DNA of 64,000 nt from Octopus vulgaris (lineage: Eukaryota), in assembly GCA_951406725.2 (NCBI GenBank), contig OX597821.1:99510001-99574000 (forward strand), in the 5' to 3' direction. The translations under genes were made by a program, and so were the position numbers. The notes beneath the pieces were generated by a model. That model was not told where the DNA came from. It saw only the letters and a program-made list of their open reading frames with translations, and searched no databases. This document shows positions 23,362 to 37,714 of this stretch, piece after piece. Within the stretch, counting starts at the first letter, position 1. Every line of letters begins with the position of its first letter.

Positions 23362-24545
23362 CATATATATGAATATATATACATATATATATATAAATAT
23401 ATATCATATATATATATGTGTGTGTGTATATATATATATATAAACATATACATGCATTTTATACACACACACACATGTGCACACACACATACATATGTAT
23501 ACAAAGATAGATTCACTCACATATTTGTTAGCAGGTTGACTTAGTTTCTCATGTCGCTTAAAGTTTTGTGGATGTCAAAGAACATACATCTCCCTTGTTT
23601 GTGTGTGTGTGTAGGCACAGTATGGCTGAATAGTCAAGTGGTTAAGAAGTTCACCTCCCAATCATGAAATATTAAGTTCAATCCCTCTGCATGGCATGTT
23701 AAGCAAATGCCATTTTCTATAGCTTCTGGTTCGACCTATACCTTGCAACTGAATCTGGGCAGATGGAAACTGTATAGAAGCCCATCAAATGGATTTTATC
23801 TGTAATTCAAAAGGTCCTTCTATAGTTTTGATTTTGCTTGAGAATTATATCAAGGTTATTTGTATGTATGGAATACTCAACCACTTAAATGTTAATTCAA
23901 TTTAGTTTTTCAAACAACTGAATCCTCATCAGTGACTACTAAAGATCCACCATACATATGTGTGTGTGTGTATACAATACACACACACATACATATATAT
24001 ATATATCATCATCATCATCATCATCATCATCATTGTTTAATGTCCGTTTTCTGTGCTAGCACGATATATATATATATATATAAATGGTTGATGCCAGTGC
24101 CACCTGGCTGGCTCCCCTGTTTGTGGCATGTAAAAAGCACCCACTACACTCTTGGAGTGGTTGGCGTTCGGAAGCACATCTGGCTGTGGAAACCTTGCCA
24201 GATCAAATTCGAGCCTGGTGCAGCCTCCTGGCTTGCCAGTTCTCAGTCAAACCATCCAATCTATGCCAGCATGGAAAGCGGATGTGAAATGATGACGACG
24301 ACAACGATGACGATAATGTATGTGTGTATGTATGTATGTATGTATGTATGTATGTATGTATGTATGTATGTATGTATGTATGTATGTCACTACATACACT
24401 TGGTGATTGCGTAGTGCATGAAAGCACTAGTTTATTTCAATGTTGTAAAATTGTAAAAATTGAAAATAATAAAACATAAAACTCAGACTTAGTTGGAATT
24501 TCATTGCTTAATATATTCTTCTATACACAATCCTACAAACTTGAA

Positions 24546-24614
<69 letters not shown>

Positions 24615-24686
24615 TATATGTATGTATGTATATATATGTATATATGTATGTATATATGTATGTATATATGTATGTATATATATATG

Positions 24687-24719
<33 letters not shown>

Positions 24720-25216
24720 GTACATATATATGTATGTGTGTATATATATATATTTATATATATGTATATATATAATATTAATTAGAGACAAAACCACTAT
24801 TATGCAAATCAAACAAAGAAAGACTTAATCCAATACATAAAATTTTTTATATAAATTAAATAAAATTAAGTATGTATATATATGTTCTTATGTTCAGTTA
24901 TAATAAAAATAATTTTCTATTAATCTGATGGGTTGCTCTATACTTTTGTATAGTACAAATTTATTACTCTTAAACAAGAATATTATTGACAGTGACTTCG
25001 AAGTTTTGGCCAGCTAAGCTAACATTGGACAGCAGATGAGTCAGAAAGTAATGTAGTTTCTACTTGTATTACTTTTGACTCATCCTTATGTCATCCAAAG
25101 ACGTGGCAAGGAAACAATTACAGCCACTCACCCATATATATATATATATATACACATACATACATATATATATATGTGTGTGTGTGTATATATATCTCTA
25201 TATATGTATGTATGTA

Positions 25217-25264
<48 letters not shown>

Positions 25265-25269
25265 TATAT

Positions 25270-25850
25270 TATGTGGTTTCGGGTTCAGTCCTACTGTGTG
25301 GCATATTGGGCAAGTGTCTTCTACTATAGCCTCAGACCGGCCAAAGCTTTGCAAGTGGATTTGGTAGATGGAAACTGAAAGAAGCCTGTCGTATATATGT
25401 GTGTGTCTTTGTGTCAGTTTGTTCCCCTTTCCATCTATTTCTATTTCTTTACCACCCACATGGGGCTAAACACAGAGGGGATGAACAAGGACAGGCAAAT
25501 GGATTAAGTTGATTATATCAACCCCAGTGCGTAACTGGTACTTATTTAATCGACCCCGAAAGGATGAAAGGCAAAGGCAAAGTCGACCTCAGCGGAATTT
25601 GAACTCAGAACACAACTGCAGATGAAATACTGCTAAGCATTTCACCCAGCGTGCTATTCCATCATCACTTGACAACCAATGTTGATGTGTTATGTCCACA
25701 TAACTTAGCGGTTTGGCAAACAAGACTGACAGAACTAGGCTTACCGACAGTACTAGGCTTACCAAGAATAATTCCTGGGGTCAATTGCTTTGACTAAAAA
25801 CCCTCTTCAGCAGTACTCCAGCATGGCTGCAGTCATTTTGACTGAAAAGA
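25270..25850 (+). mobile_element. SINE family B with a nested antisense family A copy (25441-25655)
   Basis: The family B head and tail flank a reverse-complement family A copy. Confidence 0.85.
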
Positions 25851-25868
25851 AGCGCATCGTATATATAA

Positions 25869-25904
<36 letters not shown>

Positions 25905-26925
25905 TGTATGTATGTATGTATGTATGTATGTATGTATGTATTTGTGTGTGTGTGTGTGTGTCCCACTACTGCTTGACACCTGGTGTTGGTGGTGTTTACA
26001 TCTACATAACTTAGCAGTTCTGCAAAAGAGACTGATAGATAATTACCAGGTTTAGAAAGAAAATAAGTACTAGGGTTGATTTGTCTGATTACAATTTCTC
26101 AAGGCAGTGCCTCAGCATGGCCACAGTCTGGAAAAATAAAAGATGTATGTATGTGCATATGTGTGCATGTGTGCATGTGCATGTATATATATATAGTATT
26201 TTATAAGCTTAAAGCTTATAAGAAATCACTGCACAATGACCAAGGAAAATAGTCTAAAAATGGGCCTTATAAGCCCTCGCCAAAAAAAGTAGGTTTTCCT
26301 GTATGCATGGGACTTGAACCCACACATCTTTCTTTACGTGACCATCACATTGAAATGTGTGTGTGTGTGTATGTAACTGTTTCCTTGCTATGACTTTGTA
26401 TGACAGTTGTAAATGAATGTCACCCTCTTGCAAGTCATGTCCTTCGTTTCTGGTCACGGGAAAATATTACCTGACTTGGAAACAGATGAGGGTTGATCAC
26501 AAGAAGGGCATATCCCTGTAATAAAACCTGCCTCAGCAAGTTCCGTCCAGTTCATGCGAGCATAAAGAAGTGGACATTAAAAACTGATGACCTGGATAAT
26601 GTTTTTTTTATCTGATATTTTGCTGCTGTTTCTAGCAGGTTGAACATGTCTTCACCCTAGAGAAGTTATCACTGTTGATGGCCTTTACTGACTATAAAAC
26701 CAAGCTACTCACTTAATTTCACTCATGGGATGAATATATAAATATTTATACTTTTATACAAAACAAACAAGCAAAGACTTAACTTTCTTTTGCATCAGTA
26801 TTTCCTTAAAAAACACATTATATAACTACGTATAAAGACATTTCTTATGACTGGCAATAATTATTATTTTTTCTTTATGATATTGGGTAATGAATGGTGA
26901 ACAGTAAGCTGTGAAATATATGCAT

Positions 26926-27025
<100 letters not shown>

Positions 27026-27141
27026 ACACATGTATGTATGTTTAAACACCAGTATGGAATATGGATGTTGAATAATGATGATGATGATGCTGCTGATATT
27101 TACACACACATGCATATGTATGAGATATATAACAATATATC

Positions 27142-27195
<54 letters not shown>

Positions 27196-27196
27196 T

Positions 27197-27232
<36 letters not shown>

Positions 27233-27403
27233 GCATCATTATACCTACATATACAAATATTTCAGCACACACACACACACATGTATGTGTATATATGTGT
27301 GTATGTGTGTGTATATATATAAATATTTATATATGTATGTATTGAATTGCATGTTTTTTTTATATAATTCCAATAACTCCATGTTTGTTTGTTTTTATTG
27401 TCA

Positions 27404-27474
<71 letters not shown>

Positions 27475-27608
27475 TTTCTGGATGTTTTGATCTCATACAT
27501 CTGCTATTAATTTACCCAGAACAACAAAATGAATCAACTTCATAAAACCTCAGCTAATGAGGCAACTTTATGAAATCTCTTGACCCGGTAACGATGCTTC
27601 GGAATGGC

Positions 27609-27687
<79 letters not shown>

Positions 27688-27720
27688 TGTGGTGGTGGTG
27701 ATGACGTCATCGCTGTTGTT

Positions 27721-27948
27721 GGCGAGCTGGCAGAATCGTTAGCACGCCGGGCGAAATGCTTAGCGGTATTTCGTCTGCCGTTACGTTCTGAGTTCAAATT
27801 CCGCCGAGGTCGACTTTGCCTTTCATCCTTTCGGGGTCGATAAATTAAGTACCAGTTACGCACTGGGGTCGATGTAATCGACTTAATCCGTTTGTCTGTC
27901 TTTGTTTGTCCTCTCTGTGTTTAGCCCCTTGTGGGTAGTAAAGAAATA
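27721..27948 (+). mobile_element. SINE family A, apparently young copy
   Basis: CpG-rich and near-identical to 54468-54672. Confidence 0.92.
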
Positions 27949-28169
27949 TATAGTTGTTTGGTGTTGTGAGTGGAGTTAGTTATTGTGCTGCTGCTGTTGT
28001 TGGTTTTGGCAGGGTTGGCAGCAGGTGATGATGGTGGTCATTGCTAACATTGGTTAGTGTGATAGTGATAGTGATAGTGATGTTGCCAATGTTTTTTTAG
28101 TGATGATAGTGCTGGTGATTGTGGTTGTTGATAGTGTTTATTTAGTGTTGGTAGTGTCGGTAATGTTAA

Positions 28170-28388
28170 CCCTTTAGTATTTAAACCGGCCATATCCGGC
28201 CAAAATAGCTAATCTGTTTTATGTTCAAACTGACCAGATCCAGGCTCTCACACCTACCCTACAATGTTATTCTACATTAAGTAATTACACCATCAAGATC
28301 TTGAAGATATGAGAAAATGCATGATTAATTCAAATCAATGGGAATCAATAAGCATTATGTTTGATAGAATAATCTGAACACTAAAGGG
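28170..28388. mobile_element. piggyBac-like MITE
   Basis: TTAA|CCCTTTAGT...ACTAAAGGG|TTAA with a perfect TTAA TSD. Confidence 0.88.
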
Positions 28389-28643
28389 TTAATAAAGTTA
28401 CGTGGTTTAGTGGTTAGGGTAATCAGTTCATGTTTGTAAGGCTGAGAGTTCAATTCCTGGTAAAGTGTTGTGCCATTGTGTAAGACACTTTATTTCACGT
28501 TACTCCAGTCCAATCAGCTAGCAAAAATAAATAGTGCCTGTAATTCAAAAGGGGCCAGCCTTGTCACATTCTGTGTCATGCTGGATCTCCCTAAGAACTA
28601 CATTAAGGGTACATGTGTCAGTGGAGTGCTCAGCCACTTTTCC

Positions 28644-28872
28644 TTTTACTTGCTTTTACTTGTTTCAGTCATTTGACTGTGGCTATGCTGGAGCACCGCC
28701 TTTTTTAATCGAGCAAATTGACCCTGGGACTTATTCTTTTGTAAGCCCAGTACTTATTCTATCGGTCTCTTTTGCTGATCCGCTAAGTTACGGGGATGAA
28801 AATACACCAGCATCGGTTGTCAGGCGATGTGGTGTGGGGGGACAAACACAGACACACAAACATATACACACA

Positions 28873-28908
<36 letters not shown>

Positions 28909-28911
28909 TAT

Positions 28912-28964
<53 letters not shown>

Positions 28965-29038
28965 TTAACGTCCGCTTTCCATGCTAGCATGGGTTGGATG
29001 GTTCAACTGGGGTCTGGGGAGCCCGAAGGCTGCACCAG

Positions 29039-29078
<40 letters not shown>

Positions 29079-29372
29079 GAGGCGCAATGGCCCAGTGGTT
29101 AGGGCAGCGGACTTGCGGTCGTAGGATCGCGGTTTCGATTCCAAGACCGGGCGTTGTGTGTGTTTATTGAGCAAAAACACCTAAAAGCACCAGGAGGCTC
29201 CGGCAGGGTGTGGTGATCCCTGCTGTACTCCTTCACCACTCTTTCTCTCACTCTTTCTTCAGTTGGCCTACTCGCTTAGCCAGCGGGGTGGTGTCATTCG
29301 AAGGCTAAAACAATGCGAACGCATTGTGACCAGCGATGTGTAACAACATCTGATGGTCTGGTCGGTCACGTG

Positions 29373-29436
<64 letters not shown>

Positions 29437-29587
29437 TACGTCGGGCTTCCTTCAGTTTCCGTCTACCAAATTCACTCACAAAGCTTTGGTAGAAGACACT
29501 TGCCCAAGGTGCCACACAATGGGAATGAACCCGGAACCATGTGGTTGGTAAGCAAGCTACTTACCACATAGTCACTCCTGCACCTAC
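28644..29587 (-). mobile_element. SINE family B with nested RTE-tail fragment (28912-29041) and family C SINE
   Basis: The family B tail (28644-28900) and head (29440-29587) are separated by inserts in its internal (TA)n. Confidence 0.85.
29075..29378 (+). mobile_element. tRNA-derived SINE, family C, inserted in (TA)n
   Basis: A box TGGCCCAGTGG, B box GGTTTCGATTCC, 3' end GTCACGTGACGTGA, with (TA)n on both sides. Confidence 0.85.
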
Positions 29588-29694
29588 TTGCACTTGACTG
29601 TGGCCACTTGCACATTAATTCCACAAGCAAGCTGTCCCATTTATTGGATCAACAGGAACCTTTGCCCTCGTAACCGATGGAGTACCAGTTTAAT

Positions 29695-30450
29695 AGTGAT
29701 GGTTGTTGTTGCAAATGCTGTTCTGTTTTAGTAATGTTAATGGTGGTGATGACTGTTGTTGCTAATATTGATTTTTAGTAATGCAAATAGAGGTGATAGT
29801 TGTTGCTGCTAATGTTGATCTTTTAGTAATTTTAATAGTGGTGAAGCTTGTTGTTGCTAATGTTGGTTTTTAGTAATGCAAATAGGGGTGATGGTTGTTG
29901 TTGCTAATGTTTTCTTTTTTAGTAAAGTTAATAGCGGTGATGGTTGTTGCTAATGTTTGTTTGAAATGTCAGTGGTGGTGACAGTAATTGTTGTTGATGT
30001 TGGTTTTTAGTAATGTTAGTAGAAGGGATAATAGGTGTTGCTAATCTCAGTTGTGGAGGTGTTGTTGCAAATGTTGATTTTTAGTAATGCTTACAGCAGT
30101 AATAAAGATAGTTGCTAATAATTTTTATAGTAATATTCTCAATGGTAATGATAATGGTTGTTGCTAATGTTGGATTTTAGTAATATCAGTAGTGGTGATG
30201 GTGCTGGTTGCTAATGTTGGATTTTAGTAATATCAGTAGTGGTGATGGTGCTTGTTGCTAATCTTGGCTGTGGTGATGATGTCTTTACTAATGTTAGTGC
30301 TTAGTAAAGCTAGCAGTAGGGACAATGACAGTTGCTAATGTTGTTGTTGCTAAGTTTTTTTGGTGATGCTAATAATAGTAATTTTCATTAAGTGTTGATA
30401 ATGTTAATTTTTAGCAATGTTGGTAGCAGTGATATGGATTTTGTTGTTGT
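29695..30450. repeat. Degenerate minisatellite, unit about 45-48 bp
   Basis: GTTGCTAATGTTG..TTTTAGTAAT is repeated about 14 times. Confidence 0.85.
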
Positions 30451-31277
30451 TGATGTTAAGCCCTGGGTCAGCCCTCATCAAACTGACCTTTGGTCAAAGA
30501 CATCCTAGTCTTGACCATCTTGTCTTTTCAGATATATTTTATCTTGAACTACTTTATGCGATATATTCATCTTTTTTTAAAGTTAGTAAGTTGTGATTTG
30601 CCAAAGATTTGGTTGTTATTTCTTGCATAGAAATCAACCATGTAGTGATTCTGTCATAGCAATGATTTTGTTGTTAATTTTTGTGACTTTGGTAGTGAGG
30701 ATGGTGTTGCTACAACTATGAGATGTACTAGTGGTATTGTTAGTGATGAGGATCCTTGCCACGGCTGTCTAATTCTTTTGCATCACAGGGATCAATTTAA
30801 CTCCTGTGTTCTTCCATTTTTAAGATAGCAGAGTACAATTCAGTGGAGACTTGGCTGCTATTTCTTACATGGAATGATCACGTAAAAGATTCCTTTGTTG
30901 GGTCAATCTCATAACAAATATGAGCCTAGCTACAAACGTAAGAAAAGAGCATTATGTGTGAAAGCTGATCTAAACATAGTAGAAATATTTGAAGATGTTT
31001 TAATATGTGTGAAAGTTAATTAAAGAAAATTAGGCTAATGTTCACATGTCAGATAGGGTGGTGAGATTATTAGAGGGTCTGAAAGTTAATTAAAATATTT
31101 AGGCTAATTTTTCATCCTGTTGATTATAACTGTGAGGCTAATATGTATAGATGTTTATCTGTATGTTTACACCAATGTTTACATGTGTGTAGCAAAGTTG
31201 TTGTTATCTGGTTCTAGGTCAGTCCTGGTTGAAAACAAACAGACCTGTAATTAAAGACAATCTGGCCTTAATCATCC

Positions 31278-31678
31278 TACTCTTTTACTTGTTTCAGTCA
31301 TTTGACTGTGGCCATGCTGGAGCACCGCCATTAGTTGAGCAAATCAACCCCAAGACTTATTCTTTGTAAGCCTAGTACTTATTCTATCGGTCTCTTTTTG
31401 CCGAACCGCTAAGTTACGGGGACATAAACACACCAGCATTAGTTGTCAAGCGATGTTGGGGTGGACAAAGACAGATACACAAACACATACATATGTATAT
31501 ATACACATATATATGACGGGCTTCTTTCAGTTTCCGTCTATCAAATCCACTCACAAGGCTTTGATTGGCCCGAGGCTATAGTAGAAGACACTTGCCCAAG
31601 GTGCCACACAGTGGGACCGAACTCGGATCCATGTGGTTCGTAAGCATGCTACTTACCACACATCCACACCTATGCCTA
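31278..31678 (-). mobile_element. SINE family B, full length
   Basis: Matches the family consensus. Confidence 0.9.
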
Positions 31679-32139
31679 CTCCTGACCGTTTTTTCCTCAA
31701 ACGTACTGGTTGATTTAATCAGGATTTCATGATCCAACAAGGTCCTTTGTTTTGAAAAAAATTTTGAGCATGATTTCAATGAGATTTTGTTGATGTTTTT
31801 AGCATAAAGGCTTTCTTGTTAGTTAATGGAGCAGTTTCTGTTTGACCCCTGTCAATCATGAGTGAACAGATTTTTAATTAAAAGCATTCCTGCCATGACC
31901 AACCTACCTTTTTTTGAAGACTGGATGTAATTTGAGGGGTTTGGCTGTTATTTGAAGCAGGTCAAATGGCTGCATAGAGCAGGCATCCCCTGACCTGAGA
32001 TGCCCATATACCCTAGGGGGTGGGGTACAGCATACAGGGAAAGTGCTTAAAATGCTTTTCATAAAAAAATTAACTTACTCTTGGTAATGATGATGATGAT
32101 GATGATGACAATGATAATGTCTCGTGGCACCCTGGTCAG

Positions 32140-32415
32140 GTGGTTGGAAGAAAGAGCCAATGTGAAATTTTGTGTTAAACTTGGGAACTCTGTTACAGAG
32201 ATATTGAGTATGCTTCAGCAAGCTTATGGCACTGAGGTAATGAGCTCATACACAATGTTTTGAGTGGCATAGGTGCTTTAAAAGTGAAAGAACATCCCTG
32301 GAAACGATGTGTGATCTAGAAAAACTGCTATGAGTGAAACCCTCAGAAATGTGGTATTGTGCATTGAAAATCCATCCTTCAGTGCCAGACCATCAATCAA
32401 GAATTCTACTGAGAT
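32140..32415 (+). pseudogene. Internally deleted mariner transposase remnant
   Basis: LEERANVKFCVKLGNSVTEILSMLQQAYG, then after a frameshift QCFEWHRCFKSERTSLE (N-terminal HTH), joined to a QTINQEFY catalytic-domain piece. Confidence 0.8.
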
Positions 32416-32419
32416 AAAG

Positions 32420-33305
32420 ATTGTTTGCCAACATAACATGGCAGTTCTGGTTTAGGACTAATGTTGCTGTAATTTAGCCCCAGGAGACATCGTCTCCAGA
32501 TGGCTATACGACATGATCTGTGTCCTTATATTTTTAAACAAGGAAATCTTGCACCCCCACCCAGCTCAAATATCTGTGTATCGCAATTTTTGGGTTATTT
32601 CCCTTCATCAGCACAGAATAATTGCTCGGCTAGAGGTGAATTTTTTATTAAGATAATTATTATCATACACAGAGGAGACAAAACAGGACAATACAAACAA
32701 TTATTGTTATAATGAGTTCGAATAATACTTAAATTTTAAAAATTTAGGATGATATATAATTTGACTTTTTTTGGGGTAAAACTTGATGGGCTAAAGAGCC
32801 CAGCGACTACACCTTTTCCTTTTCCATGAAGATTAAGTAGGGCCACTTGCACCCACCTTTCTTACCACAGCCTTCCATCTTTTGTCAAACACACCTCGCA
32901 ACAGTTGTTTCCTCTCCAGCCCTATCTTGCTCTTCAGATGATATCTGAGAAAGGTGAGCAATCCGGGGCCAGAGATGACGGTTCCCGTCACGAGTCTTTG
33001 CAGTCTAGTCTTCCAAACACACTCTTTCAACACTGCCACTGTCAGGAGAAAACATACCTCACCTTCCTTCAAGAGTCCGGTGGGTGGCACAATCTTTATT
33101 ATAGATTCAACTGATAGCTGTACTCTGCCTAGGTGTGACAACACGTGTTCAATGTAAACTATCAAGCCCGAAAGCTTCTGACAATGTACAAAAGCGTGCG
33201 GGACAGTTTCATCGTCCAGCCCACATCTTGGACATGTTGGTAGCACTGACATCCTGTGCCTGGATAACTTATCGCGAACACGTAAAGCATTCCTGTAGTA
33301 CTGCT
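32420..33305 (-). pseudogene. 5'-truncated L1/Tx1-clade LINE: ORF2 C-terminal zinc finger plus 3'UTR
   Basis: NALRVRDKL..CPRCGLDDETVPHAFVHC (CCHC zf-RVT-like) ..KECVWKTR..FDKRW. The stop codon is at 32833. Confidence 0.85.
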
Positions 33306-33454
33306 AGGTCAGGGATTTCTGATAATTATCCAAATACTCCTGAAAGCATTTTTTTCCTCTTTGAATATGATATAACTTTTGTAAGGAATGCCAAAATTAA
33401 TCAAATGTTTTTTGAGGGTTTGGTACATATAGAAGGTTGGAAATCTTTGACAAA

Positions 33455-33656
33455 GGCTGTGTGGTAAGAAGTTTGCTTCCCAACCATATGATTCTGGGTT
33501 CAGTCCCACTTCATGGCACCTTGGGCCAGTGTCTTCTACTATAGCCTGAGACCAACCAAAGCCTTGTGAGTGGATTTAGTAGATGGAAACTGAAAGAAGC
33601 TTGCCATATATATATATCTATACATGCATACATACATACATACATACATACATACA

Positions 33657-33687
<31 letters not shown>

Positions 33688-33920
33688 GTGTGTATGTTTT
33701 TGTGTTTGTATTTGTCCCCCACTGCTGCTTGACAACTGGTGTTGATGTGTTTGCATCCGTATAACTCAGCAGTTTGACAGAAGGGGCCAATAGAATAAGT
33801 ACCAGACTTAAAAAAGAAAAGGTACTGGGGTCGAGTCATTCATTTGACTAAAAAAAGAAAAAATTCTTCAAGGCTGTGCCCCAGCATGGCCACAGTCTGA
33901 TCACTGAAATAAGTAAAAGA
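33455..33920 (+). mobile_element. SINE family B
   Basis: Head GGCTGTGTGGTAAGAAG, CORE-like CACCTTGGGC, (TACA)n middle and tail. Confidence 0.9.
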
Positions 33921-34318
33921 AGAAGAAGGAAAATAAGATAGAGGTAGGTCTGACTTCACAGATTTACAGACTTCTGTGCAAAGCAATGCTCTGGGACCTT
34001 TAACATATACAACCATACTATACATAGATTAAGAGATGATTCCTTGGACTCATGACTCTGCCCTGGATGACTACCTAGGACCTCCATGCCCTAAGATGGC
34101 ACTGTATAGAGGACCCCTCTTTACATTGTTGTGAAGTAGTTGATAGTATATGTGGAAGTTGATCTAAGCATTTAAGTTAACATTTCATATACAATGCATT
34201 GCAGGAAATCATATTTAGGTTAACTTCCACTTCGGAAATATAAACAAAATAGAAATAAAGATTGTTATTTTTGTATTTTAAGTTGATCTAAATATTTGAC
34301 CTAGTTTTCATGCCTTAA

Positions 34319-34539
34319 CCTGCTAGCATTTTAGTCTGTCATATCCAGCCCAGATATTCTATTTGTTTAAGGTTCAAACTGGGCAGATCCAGCATCTCAC
34401 ACCTGCCCTACAATGTCATTCTAAAGATAAACAAACATATCATTGAAATCTCGAAGCTACAAGATAATGCATGATTAATTCAAAACAGTGGTGAATAAAT
34501 AAGCATTACATTTGACAGAGTGATCTAAATGCTTAAAGG
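34319..34539. mobile_element. piggyBac-like MITE (degenerate)
   Basis: TTAA flanks, with interior homologous to the 8866 and 28170 copies. Confidence 0.8.
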
Positions 34540-34909
34540 TTAAGCATTGAAAGAAAGAAAATGTTAATGTGTGTTAAGGTGGATGTAAAATATTTAGGGA
34601 ACAAAGATTTGTTAGAGAAACATACAAACAAACACACAAATAAAAATAATTTTTATATTTTGTTTTCAAAGTAATATTGTATTGTTGGAAACAACAGAAT
34701 TAAAAGGAAGTCAAGAGTTCTTGCTTTAATTGTTATAATTATAAAGCGTTAATTATGAAGCAGGTACTTACTGTATTTTTCTAGTATTATTTATTTTGTC
34801 CTTAGCTTTTAACTCTAATATAATATAGTTATGATTAAGCACTTGCTTGCATTGCCTTTAGATTGTCAGCTTGGTTAAAAATCTTCAAGGATTACTTTAT
34901 GTGTCACAC

Positions 34910-34980
<71 letters not shown>

Positions 34981-35789
34981 TAAGTTGTTGGGATACAAGT
35001 GAATGATTTGAGGCTGATCCTATTTTTGTAACAATGTGTATATGTGTGTGTGTGTGTGTAGTAATTTACATATATTCATGTATGTTTGTTTAGATATCAT
35101 CATCATCATCATCATCACTGTTGTTGTATTGTCCCCTTTTCCATGCTTGCATGGAACATATGGACTTCACCGAGGCAGATTTTGTTATGATCTGAAGTCC
35201 TCTCTGATGCAAACTCTTTCTTGTTTCCAAGTAATGTAAAATTTTCCCATGACCAGAAATGTTTCTGCAGAATATTGATAATGTGTGACACTGCTTGTAT
35301 GACAGTGACACTCATTTACAACTGTCGCACAATCTGACAAGGGGACACATGTATGTGCACACACACACACACACATCTTTATCTACGTACCTGTCTATGA
35401 ATATGTGTGACAGACTTCATACAGTTTCCACCCTCTGAATTCACTCACAAGGCTTTGGTTCACCCAGGGTTAAAGCAGAAGACACTTCCTCAAGGTGTTA
35501 CACGGTGGGACTGAACCCAAAATTCACATGCTTGAGAAACAAACTTCTTAACTAAACAACCATGTTATAATATACAGTATAATATGATTTACTATAATAA
35601 TACTCTTGTGGTTTTCTCCGTCACAACATATGAATGAGAAAGGAAAGGGTGATAGATGAATTAGGAAGGAAGGGGTAATGGCAAACTGGTAGTGGGAGGA
35701 TGGAAATTCTTTTGTTAAAAAAAAATCAAACAGCATTTCAACTCTGTGTGAGTATATGTGTATGTATGTAAATGGAAGATATGTGAATG

Positions 35790-36008
35790 TTTGTGTGTGT
35801 GTGTGTGTGTCTGTGTTTGTCCCCCCCCGACAACGCTTGACAACTGATGCTGGTGTGTTTACATCCCTGTAACTTAGCGGTTCGGTAAAAGAATAAGTAC
35901 TAGGCTTACAAAGAATAAGTCTTGGGGTTGATTTGCTCAACTAAAGGCGGTGCTCCAGCATGGCTGCAGTCAAATGACTGAAACAAGTAAAAGAGAGAGT
36001 AAAAGAGA
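35790..36008 (+). mobile_element. SINE family B, 3' half
   Basis: Tail GACTGAAACAAGTAAAAGAG. Confidence 0.85.
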
Positions 36009-36539
36009 TTATGTACCTTATTTTGTACCTTATTTATAAATAAAATACTACAATTAGCTGTCATTTTTGATGGCACGGGGCCAGCTACTATAATATAATT
36101 GTGACAGAGCCTTGAATACTTAGCTTTGACACTTTGTGGTTTTCATTGAAAAGAGTTTCAGTTGATCCGATCAATGGAACAACCTGCTTGTGAAATTAAC
36201 ATGCAAGTGGCTGTATGCTCCACTGACATGCATACCCTTAATGTAGTTCTCAGGGAGATTCAGTGTAACATAGAAGGTGACAAGGTTGGCCTTTTGAAAT
36301 ACAAGTACTACTCATTTTTGCCCGCTGTGTGGAATGGAGCAAATACTCAAGGACACAACGCACCATTGGGAATTGAACTCAAGACATTATGCTTGTGAGC
36401 TGAATACCTTAACCACTAAGCGACGTACCTTCACTTAGGGACAACCAGAAAATTGAAAAGCAAAACCGAGGAAGGCAGAGAGAGGGAGAGAGAGGGAGGG
36501 AGAGAGAGAGAGTGGAGGTATTTGAAAGCCTTAGCAATT

Positions 36540-36955
36540 ACTCTTTTGCTCTTTTACTTGTTTCAGTCATTTTGACTACAACCATGCTGGAGCACCACCT
36601 TTAGTTGAACAAATTGACCCCAGAACTTATTCTTTGTAAGCCTAGTACTTATTCCATCGGTCTCTTTTGCTGAACCACTAAGTTATGGGGACATATACAC
36701 ACCAACATTGGTTGTCAAGTGATGGTGGGGGGGACAAACACAGATACACAAATACATACATACACCCCCCCACCCACACGCACATATACACGATGGGCTT
36801 CTTTCAGTTTCCATCTACCAAATCCATTGACAAGGCTTTGGTGGACCTGAGGCTAGAGTAAAAGATACTTACCCAAGGTGCCATGCAGTGGGATTGAACC
36901 CAGAACCATGTGGTTTGGAAGGAAGCTTCTAACCACACAGCCATGCCTACACCTA
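36540..36955 (-). mobile_element. SINE family B
   Basis: Matches the family consensus. Confidence 0.9.
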
Positions 36956-37408
36956 CAGAAAAAAAAATAACCTAATAACTTACTAAGCTATGTGTTTGAG
37001 AAAGGAGGAAGCTGGAGATCTATGATTGCTGATGCCTGGAGGCAACGACACCTAAAGAATAACTTCACTGAATAAAATAACTGAACGTTTTAAAGCACTA
37101 AAAATGATGGTGGAGTTGTAATAGATGTGTAAAAGGAACACAGAATATGGTGTTCTTCAGATATTTTATTTCCCATTATTGGACAGAACATTTCTATTGT
37201 TAGATTCCATTTCTTGATCAGATTACTTAATTTTAATGCATTAATGAGTCGGCATCGTATTTAAGTAGCAATGATTATAAAAGCTGAAGTTGTAAGTTTT
37301 TAGACTAAAACAGGATACATACATGCATACATATATACGCATATAGTACTGATGCTGCTAAACACATACTCACACACATACACACACACATACACACACA
37401 TGTTTGTG

Positions 37409-37463
<55 letters not shown>

Positions 37464-37679
37464 ATTGCCAGATAAGACTGGAGCCTGGTGCAGCCTTCTG
37501 GCTTCCCAGATCCCTGGTCGAACCGTCCAACCCATGCTAGCATGGAGAACGGACGTTAAACGATGATGATGATGATGATGTTTACATGTATGTATAAATA
37601 TATGTATGTATACATGTATGTATAAATATATGTATGTATATGTATGTATATATATATATATATATATGCATATGTGTGA

Positions 37680-37710
<31 letters not shown>

Positions 37711-37714
37711 AGTT

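Noticed and set aside
26201-26221. Palindrome TTATAAGCTT-A-AAGCTTATAA
   Set aside because: It is short and AT-rich with no supporting context, so it is plausible by chance or as a repeat remnant.
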